From Cyanophora paradoxa CCMP329 (lineage: Eukaryota; Plantae; Glaucophyta): DNA of 64,000 nt. The DNA lies in the NCBI GenBank assembly GCA_004431415.1, contig QPMI01000005.1:1255170-1319169 (forward strand). Reading direction: 5' to 3'. A program made the translations under genes and the position numbers. Each line of letters begins with the position of its first letter. Within the stretch, counting starts at the first letter, position 1. The notes beneath the pieces are model-generated. The model was not told the origin of the DNA. It saw nothing but the letters and a program-made list of their open reading frames with translations, and made no database searches. Positions 56,118 to 64,000 of the stretch are shown piece by piece.

Positions 56118-57217
56118 GCTATTTTTAGGTACAGTAGTTTAGTGCTACAGTAGTTGAGTTCCGGGTCCGCTCCCCGGGCGGGCCGGCCGGCGCGACCACG
56201 CTTGCCGTCGCAACGCCGGGTACACGAAATGTAAACCACGGAGGGGGGGGGATGAAGCGTGAGATATTTTGGAGGGGGTGGAGGGGGGTGGAGGGGGTAG
56301 GGTGGGGGGAAGGGTGGAGAGGGGCGTGGGGAAGGGTCAACGAGGGGAAATCGAAGGGTCGGCGAGGGGTAGCGCCCGACATATACCATGGTATATATGC
56401 ACAGTAGTTTAGTACGACAGTAGTTGAGTTCCGGGTCCGCTCCCCGGCCGGCCGCCCGGTCGGACAAAGGGGGGTACCCTGTCTCGTACGAGGGGGGGGG
56501 AAGAAGTCACAGTAGTTTAGTGCCACAGTAGTTGAGTTCCGGGTCCGCTCCCCGGCCGGGGATCCGCGCCTGTTTTAATGTATTACACTATACAATATTA
56601 TATTATCTTTTTTCAATTTCAAATTCAAACCTAGAAAAGATAGAAGATAGTTACTACTGCATCACAGTATACATACATTATCTTTTTTTGGTTTTGAATT
56701 TGAATTCAAAAAATAATATATATAATGTATTATATTGCAATATAATGCGGGCGGAGCCCCAGCCGGGGAGCAGACCCGGAACTCAACTACTGTGGCACTA
56801 AACTACTGTGACTTCTTCCCCCCCCCCCCCCCCCCCCCCCCCCTCGTACGAGACCGCGTACCCCTTCTCTCCGACCGGACGGCCGGCCGGGGAGCGGACC
56901 CGGAACTCAACTACTGTCGTACTAAACTACTGTGCATATATACCATGGTATATGTCGGGCGCTACCCCTCGCCAACCCTTCGATTTCCCCTCGTTGACCC
57001 TTCCCCACGCCCCCTCCACCCTTCCCCCCCACCCTACCCCCTCCATCCCCCTCCACTCTCTCCAAAATATCTCACGCTTCATCCCCCCCCCCTCCGTGTT
57101 TTACATTTCGTGTACCCGGCGTTGCGACGGTAAACGTGGTCGCGCCGGCCGGCCCGCCCGGGGAGCGGACCCGGAACTCAACTACTGTAGCACTAAACTA
57201 CTGTACCTAAAAATAGC
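56118..57217. repeat. ~450 bp-arm inverted repeat with iterons and central AT-rich imperfect palindrome (candidate replication origin or fused termini)
   Basis: 56118-~56568 is the reverse complement of ~56748-57217. Each arm has three copies of gggagcggacccggaactcaactactgt-N4-ctaaactactgt, with an extra copy at ~57245-57300. The core 56571-56747 is very AT-rich and self-complementary with mismatches. Confidence 0.92.
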
Positions 57218-57417
57218 GCCGGGCCGCGCCGGACCGCCGACCCCGGGAGCGGACCCGAAACTCAACTACTGTGGCACTAAACTACTGTACCTAAAAATAG
57301 ATAGCCCGGCGGGTCAGGGGCACGAATCTATAAAAGGAAGTTCCTCGCGTGGTACCCTCCCGCACCTGGGGCCCCTCCCCACACCGCCCCCCCTCCCCGT
57401 TTTACCTCTCGCAAAGC

Positions 57418-58734
57418 ATGGCAGAATCCGTAATCGCGTCAACCTCGGCCCCGAACTCGAACCCGTCAGCTCGGGGGCGCAAGCGTCCCGCCCCGTCGAG
57501 ATCTCCTCCGCCGCCCCTGCTGACGTTTGATACCAGTCCCTTTCCGACCGAGATACTCGCCATGATCGCGTCGTACGTCGATCCCGCAGACCTCGAGGCG
57601 CTCTTCGAGGCCGGACCCGAGGGCAAAGCCGCCGTTCTTCGTGCCGAGCAGCTCATGCCGTGGTGGCGCCGACGCGGTGGGTGCCGTGCGCTCGGGCGGA
57701 ACGACAAGGGCGCCCTGTGCGTCTCGGGAGACCTGCGGGTCCGACGCGTGGCGGCCGACGCGACGGGCGCCTGGATCGTCGTCGAGCTCGAGCGCGGGCC
57801 CGGGGCGTGGGACGGCGGCTCGCTGCTGCGGGTCAACAACGAGGGCCTCCACGAGGAGCTCCCGCCGGCCGCGCTGCTGCAGCTGGGCGTCCGACCGCAC
57901 CCGGCGGCGGGGCTCTGGGTGGACGGGGACGGCACGGTGCGGGTGGTGGGGCTTGCTGCGCCGGGAGAGGGTCCAAGCCCGCCCCCCGCCGGGGGCGACC
58001 CGAGCGCGGCGCCCGTGCTCGTCTGCTGGCGGCCCGGCGCCGCGCCGCAGGTGGCGGTGCGCTACGGGACGCCGAGGGCCTGCGTCGCCGCGGGCGCCGG
58101 GATTCAGCCTCTTGCCGTTGCGTGGGCATTCGAGTCGCGGGGAAGGGCGCTCCTTCTCGTGCCGTCAAACGTGGCGCGCGTCGTCGCCGTCGACGCCTGC
58201 ACCTGCGCTCCCACCGAGGTGAATCTGAACGTTGGAGGGGGTCCTCTAGAGGAACGGCTGCACGCGATTCCCGTCTGCGGCGGCTGGATCGTTCGGCGGA
58301 CCGACGCGCGCGCGGGCGGACCGGTAAACGAGACCCGTCCCACAAACGACGCGCTTGGGCACCTCGTGCGCGCCGACGGGACCGTAGAGGCCCTAAAGGG
58401 CCCGTCCGTAGCCGGGCGCGCGGCTCCGTGCCACGTTGTGGGCACCATCTGCGTCGCCGCCAACGAGCACGGTCGCGCCTCGCTCCTCTCCATCACGCGC
58501 GGGAAACAGGACGGCAGCCGCGAGATCGTCCCGATAGCCCCGAACGAGGCGCCGGACCTCTACGGACTCTACCGCGCGTGGCCGAGGGAGACCGTTTACT
58601 GGAGCGAGTGCGAGGACGGCGTCCCGCGCCTCGCGTTTCTGGTCCGGCCCGGGACGAGGGTGCTTCAGATCGTGAACGTGGCGAACCGGCGCCAGCTGGG
58701 CCGCGAGATCTCGCGGGCGCTCGGAGGAGTGTAG
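57418..58734 (+). CDS. F-box-like protein with beta-rich C-terminus
   Basis: SPFPTEILAMIASYVDPADLEAL; NLS-like GRKRPAP; TATAAAAG upstream. Confidence 0.6.
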   Translation: MAESVIASTSAPNSNPSARGRKRPAPSRSPPPPLLTFDTSPFPTEILAMIASYVDPADLEALFEAGPEGKAAVLRAEQLMPWWRRRGGCRALGRNDKGALCVSGDLRVRRVAADATGAWIVVELERGPGAWDGGSLLRVNNEGLHEELPPAALLQLGVRPHPAAGLWVDGDGTVRVVGLAAPGEGPSPPPAGGDPSAAPVLVCWRPGAAPQVAVRYGTPRACVAAGAGIQPLAVAWAFESRGRALLLVPSNVARVVAVDACTCAPTEVNLNVGGGPLEERLHAIPVCGGWIVRRTDARAGGPVNETRPTNDALGHLVRADGTVEALKGPSVAGRAAPCHVVGTICVAANEHGRASLLSITRGKQDGSREIVPIAPNEAPDLYGLYRAWPRETVYWSECEDGVPRLAFLVRPGTRVLQIVNVANRRQLGREISRALGGV

Positions 58735-59097
58735 CGCTGTTCATCCGCGCCGGCGCCGATGACGGGGTCGGATGCAAAATAGTGCCGCAGCGGCAAATAA
58801 TGCCTGGGAGCGTGTGCGCGATTCGAGGTTTTTGGTAACTGGCGTGAAGTCAATTTACATTGAATGCTGCCTTTTGCAATATACAGTCGCACAACCGGAA
58901 AGAGGGGCTCGCGGTAAAATTCTGTATGCGGGGGGGCGTCTTGAATCGTAATTCTATGATATAAGCCCCAACGGGTTCTATAATATAAGATACAATATAA
59001 GCTATACAAATTCCATCCGTTTCCGAGGGCGCACGGATAGGTCCGGCAATGTTCGTATTTCCTTATGCACTCTCAAACACGCATTGCTCTCTACATC

Positions 59098-62000
59098 TTA
59101 CTCTATCTGCACGCCGAGAATATCAAATCCTCGGCGCGGGATAACCAGAAACCGCTTCCGCCGCCCCGAGACGTCGCAGGTCGTAAACGCAGCGTTACCT
59201 CCATCGGGGAGCACGCCCGTTGCATCCGCATCCGAGGTCCAGTGATTTACCTGCCACTGACGAACGGCGGACCGTCCGTTGAGGCCTCCCCGACCGGTGT
59301 TGGCCAGGAAAAATCCCGGGCCCTCGTGGCCCATAAACGTCCACATCTTGAAAATCTCGACGTCCGCCAGCACCCGTCCCGCGGGTCCCGCGCCGAGTAT
59401 CACGAGCCGTCGCCCGCCGGGGCCCGCCCTCGTCGCCGCCACGTAGCCGTAAAATTGCCGCACGTCCTCCAGGGTCGCCGCGAAGCGTTCCCGCACCGCC
59501 CTCGCAATCTCGGCCTCCAACGCGCCCCGCGCCTGGGCGGCAAACGTGCGCAGGGCCTCGTCGAGACCCGGGGCCTCGGCGGCGCGGCGTAGCACGTCGT
59601 GGCACTCGAACTCGGCGTCCTCCCCGAGGGCGGCGAGCGTCTCGGGCAGCATGTCCACGTGCGGGTTCGTGGGCGGGTCCGGGCGCGCCGCCGCCTCCTC
59701 TTCCTCTGGCGTCGCGTTTCGCCCCTCTTTCCGTCGCTCCATGGCCGCCTTCTTTGCCCGTTTGACCTTGCGTTCGAGCGCGTCCCGCGCCGCCACGATT
59801 GTGGCGGCGAGGTTGACCCGACCGAGGCGGCGGGCAAGGGCCTCGGCCCGTTCGACTTCGTCCGTTCCATCCCGGTCCGCCGCCGCCTCTCTTGGGCGCG
59901 CCGCACGATGCACGCCGCCGCGAAACGGGTTCCCGTCATCAGGGACCGGCCCTCGAGGCGACGGGGCTCATCGTTGCTCTTCGGACCGCCCTTGCCCCCG
60001 TTGTCGCGAGCGGGACGCCCAGCAGCTCGTGCGCCCACCGCAAGATCTCGTACATGGTCCGGCGGAGCTCCTTGACCGCCATGGCGCACCCCAGGGGCCG
60101 CCCGTGCGCGTCCGCCGTCGCGCCCAGGCGCGCAGGCGTGCGGCCTCGGTCAGGATCGCGGCGTCGTCGGCGCCCTCCGGAACCATCACGGTAAACGGGG
60201 CCGCAGAGCGCAGCTGGGCAAGCCGTCGGACCCACAGGACCGCCCGCTCGCGCGCCACGTCGGCGGCCTCGGCCAGGGCCGCCGCCACCCGGCCGGAGAG
60301 GTCGCGGCCGAGGGTAAACGGATCTTGTCCCTCGCAGAGCGTCCCCAGCGCCGCCGTCGCCTCGCCCCCGCGGGGCGCGCCCGGCACGAGGGCGGTCCGG
60401 AGGGCGTCCCGCCCCGCGAGCATTGCCCGCAGCTCCTCGAGGTCGACGCGCGCCACGTCCGCGTCCGACGGTGCGGGAACGCCGCCGTACAGGGCGGCGC
60501 GGGCGGCGCGGCGGTGCGCGGGGCGGAGCAGGGCCCTGCGGAGCGCCTTGACCGCCTCGGCCGGGTTGATGGGCCCGCCGTTGTCGGCCTTCCAGGGGTA
60601 GCGGCCCGCGTTGAGGAGATCGGTGCATCGCGACGACTCTAGAGCGGCGAGATACCCGCCGACGAGGGCGGGATCGACGGCGATGCAGCCCAGCAGGGCG
60701 GCGGCGAGGTGGTCCGGGAGGAGCGACCGCGAGAGGGCCTCGACGGCAACGCGCTTGGCGGCCGGACCCGTAACGCACAGGCCTGCGCCCTCGATCACGA
60801 GCTGCGCGAGCGGGGCCGCCCCGGGCGCCCCGTCGGCGTCCGTCCCGTCGACGTCCGCAAGGGCCCGCAGCGCCGGCAGCGTCGCGCAGCCGGTCAGGCG
60901 GAGAATCTCTACGGCACCGCGCGACTCGTGAAGCAGGTCCCTGTAATCCCGTGAGTGCGACGAGGAGCCGTTCCAGCCGAGCTCGCCGCACATGCCGCCA
61001 CGGAAGAGCCAACGGATCGTGTCGTGCAGGGCGAGTTCAAACTTGCGCTTTCGCCGTCCCGCCGGGTCCTGGGCGTACCTCAGGGCCTCGTCCACGCCAA
61101 CCTCCTCGCTGCGCGAGAGCGCCAGCGAGGTCGACGCAAACGCGAGGTCGGCGGCGTGCCGCTCGGCGTCGCAAAAGTGGACGGTCCGGTGGGCCCGCAC
61201 ATCGTTGTATATCTCGCTCGCGGGGCACGGCCCGCGGCCGACCGCGCACACCTCCTCCTCGACCGGCAGCGGCCGCGCGCCGAGCAGCGGGTGGGCCATA
61301 AAGTGGAGCTTGTAGGCCTGGTGGAGCGCGTCGATCTCCGCCCCGACCCGCTTCTGGTCGAGAAAGTCGACGACGGCGACTCCGATCCCCATCCGCCGCG
61401 CTTGCGAAGCTTGAACGTCGTAGGCCAGGATGATGGAGCGCCGCGAGTGCGATTCGAGGGCCATCTGACGGGCCTGCGCCTCGAGCACCCGGCGCCGAGC
61501 GAGCCGCGCAGCCGCGTCTTCCCCCGAGCGGATTCCGGCAGCTGTAGGAACGGACTCCGGCGTCGATCTCCCGGACGTGTCGCTCGCTGTGGGCCCGCAC
61601 CTGGGCGCGGCGGTCCGCCAGGATCTCGTCCGCGCGGAGCAGGTCGGACGTCGGCTCGGCGCGCAGCGAGCAGAAGAGAGGGCGATCGTGGCGAGGAACC
61701 ATCGAAGGCGCGGCGTGAGCTGGAACGACAGGTTCACGTCGCCGAGGGCGCCGCGTGGACGGCGATGCAGCGGTCGAAGCGGACTCGAGGATCGTTGACG
61801 GACGTTCCCTGGGCGACCTGCGCGCGGTGGGTCGGTACGGGGAAAATAACGGTAAAACGGTAAACGGAGAATGGAGGGGGCGGGGGTGGGCGGACCGTGG
61901 AGTTGTACAGGATGATATCGGCGTCGGCAAACGCCTCGGCGCTGCGGAAGACGAACCGCTCGGAATCCTCGCATCCTCCGACCACGATCTTGATGCGGAT

Positions 62001-64000
62001 GTGCCTGAGTTCCGGGATCGCCTCGAGGACGCTTGCGATCCGAAAAGAGCTCGTCCTTGGTCGTGCAGGAGATGACCTGCTTGTCGCCCACGAGGGCGTA
62101 CGCGGCCACGAGGAGGGGTGCGTCCGCAACCTCCGCCGCGGTCCAGGTGTGCCGCAGGTTGCCGCCGTCCCGCTTCTGGTAGAGCAGGACGGACGTGTCG
62201 TGCTGCTTGCGCCGGCGGGCCAGGCGCTCGAGCTCCGCGCGCTCGCCGTCCGCCTCGATCGCGTCGTCCTCGGCGGCGCCCATCGGCTCGTCCTGGATCG
62301 TGGAGGTCACGCCCTCGGGTCCCTCGAGGCCCGCGTCGAGGAGCTTGAGGAAGAACGTGAGCGTCGGGACGGAAAGGTCCGCGTCGGCGATGAGCGTGAC
62401 GTACGACTCGCCGAGCTTTATCGCGATGGCGGCGACGGCCTGCTGCCGCCGATCGTCCTTGGAGAGCGTCGCGCCGTTGGCCAGGATCGCGAGGAGCTTC
62501 CCGACCTCGTCCAGGAACGCGCTGTCGTGCCGGTTTACCCCGCTGTGATCGACAAAGTGACGGGCGCTCTCCAACGTCGTCGCGAGGTTCTCGGGAAACG
62601 CTCCCCGCTCCGGCCAGGGCCCGTGGCTCGCGCTCGAGTACGGGATCCATGCCGCCTCCTCCCGTCCCGAGAGCACGTCCTTGTAGCGGGTCTCGTTAAC
62701 GAGCTCGTCCTGCTGCGCCCTCGAGTTGAGAAATACCAAGAGCTTCACATTGTTCCCGTCCCGTCCCGACCGCCCGACGATCTCGGGGTTCTCCTGGAGC
62801 AGCTTCCAGACGAACGTGGACGCCTCCGTTTTGCCCCTCCCCATGCCCAATGGTAGGGCCACGATGATGCGCCGCGCCCCGGCCTCGCGCCGCGCCTGCA
62901 CCTCGTTCCAGATGAGGTCGTAATCCACGTACAGGCTCCCGTCGTTTTCGTCCCGAATCACTCCGTCGACGACGTCGACCAGATCGTCGGGACTCGCGAG
63001 GGCATCCGCCAAGAATGCGTCGATCTCGTCGGGCGGCGGGAGCTGCCGCGCCACGGCGAGCGGCCCGCTGACGGTCTTCTTTTGCTCCTTGTCGAGGGCG
63101 GCGTACTCTTGCGCGATTTCCTTCGGGAGCAGGCTCTTTGACGCGCCGCTCGCGATGTCAATGGCGACCGGAATCGCGGCCTTGGCCGCGTCCTGCAGGA
63201 GGTCCGAACCCCTGCCCGCCTTGGCGAATCTCCGCCGGGCCGTGGCACCCAGGCGCGCCGTCGTTACGCGCGGGGCGCCCGCGGCGGCGGGATCGCCGCA
63301 GAGGCGGCGGTCCATGTCCCCCTCGACGAGGCGCAGCGCCTCGAGGTGCACGTACGGCGGGTGAAACTCGAAGAGCGCGCTTTTGAGGTCGGAGGAGTCG
63401 ATCCCGGCGCCCTGGCGGCAGTGGTAGCACGGAAGGAGGACGCTCCGCTCCCGTACCGAGTCGACGATGAGCTTGCCCGCGCGGCCCGCCGCGCCGCACG
63501 CGGGGCACGGCAGCCGGACCGTGTACTCGAGCGAGTTGGTCCAGACCTCCACGGTCAGCGTCGCCGCCGCGACAGAGGCCGGTCCGCTCGGGGCCGGACG
63601 GGCGGACCGAAACCACCTGCTTGCCGCGTCGGCGCGCCCTCGGGTCGCGATGGCCCCCAGCGCCGCCACGATCATTCCGCGCTCCTCCTGCGTTGCCTGG
63701 ACGGCGAGTCCGCGCACCTCCCAGGGCTCTTCCGCGTCGCGGACGGGAAGGGCCTCTGCAAACTTCCGCATGGAGGGCATCATCCAGTTGTAGAACGATT
63801 GCCGCGCCGCGACGCAGGCGGGGTCCTCGGCCCCCGTGTGGATCGTGATGCCCTCGCGCCCCGCCTTGCTGGCGAGCATGCGGTGGTCCGGAATGCGCGT
63901 GGCGTGTTGCGCGAACCGGGCGTGAACGTCGCCCGAGACTGCGGCAGGCCCCGGCATGGAGCACGGGATTTTGCGTAAAAAATTGGGCAGGTCGCTCGTC
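59098..64000 (-). CDS. Second (frameshifted) copy of the origin-binding helicase, supplying the C-terminus and stop codon at 59098
   Basis: Same sequence as 1-4422 plus the 3' end ...RRGFDILGVQIE*. Indels relative to copy 1 break the frame (sequencing error or decay). Confidence 0.75.
59585..64000. repeat. Copy 2 of long direct repeat
   Basis: Near-identical to 1-4422; carries several single-base indels that frameshift the helicase ORF. Confidence 0.97.

Larger units (their letters stand above)
1..59584. mobile_element. Complete unit of a capsid-less(?) eukaryotic circular/integrative DNA element
   Basis: Terminal redundancy; own helicase, primase, candidate origin and tyrosine recombinase; dispersed repeat arrays; no ordinary housekeeping gene context. 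Confidence 0.75.

Noticed and set aside
56118-57217. MITE or cut-and-paste transposon
   Set aside because: No DDE transposase or clear target-site duplication was seen, and the iteron also occurs at the helicase promoter; not fully excluded.
1-59584. Polinton/PLV, NCLDV, herpesvirus or mirusvirus genome assignment
   Set aside because: No recognisable capsid, A32/terminase, portal or PolB. Divergent versions among the hypothetical ORFs cannot be excluded without profile searches.
1-64000. Bacterial origin suggested by high GC; tRNA/rRNA genes
   Set aside because: Spliceosomal introns, histone H3, TFIIB and F-box genes indicate a eukaryotic nucleus; no structured RNA gene was recognised by eye.

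Overview
GC-rich eukaryotic (spliceosomal GT/GC-AG introns, TATA boxes) virus-like or plasmid-like element. Positions 1-4422 recur at 59585-64000, so the window holds one complete ~59.6 kb unit of a circle or head-to-tail tandem array. Replication module: a herpes UL9-like origin-binding SF2 helicase, a primase with two AEP domains and a UL52/PrimPol-type Zn finger, and a ~1.1 kb inverted repeat with iterons around an AT-rich imperfect palindrome (candidate origin). Recombination module: a tyrosine recombinase apparently fused to a Ulp1/C48 protease, plus an SLX1-like GIY-YIG nuclease. Chromatin and transcription toolkit: a spliced histone H3 variant (K9 replaced by His, CenH3-like fold), a SET protein, a TET/JBP-like dioxygenase, a MORC-type GHKL ATPase, TFIIB and a tandem Zn-finger protein. 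Ubiquitin-system genes: RING, several F-boxes and a Skp1-like ORF. Five dispersed, mutually related tandem-repeat arrays (178-247 bp units) and an AT-rich island are also present. Two direct-oriented homologous arrays separate an intron-rich half (20-50 kb) from an almost intronless, TATA-driven half. I could not recognise any capsid protein, packaging ATPase/terminase or family B polymerase. All family calls are by eye from motifs, with no database search, and exon boundaries are manual.
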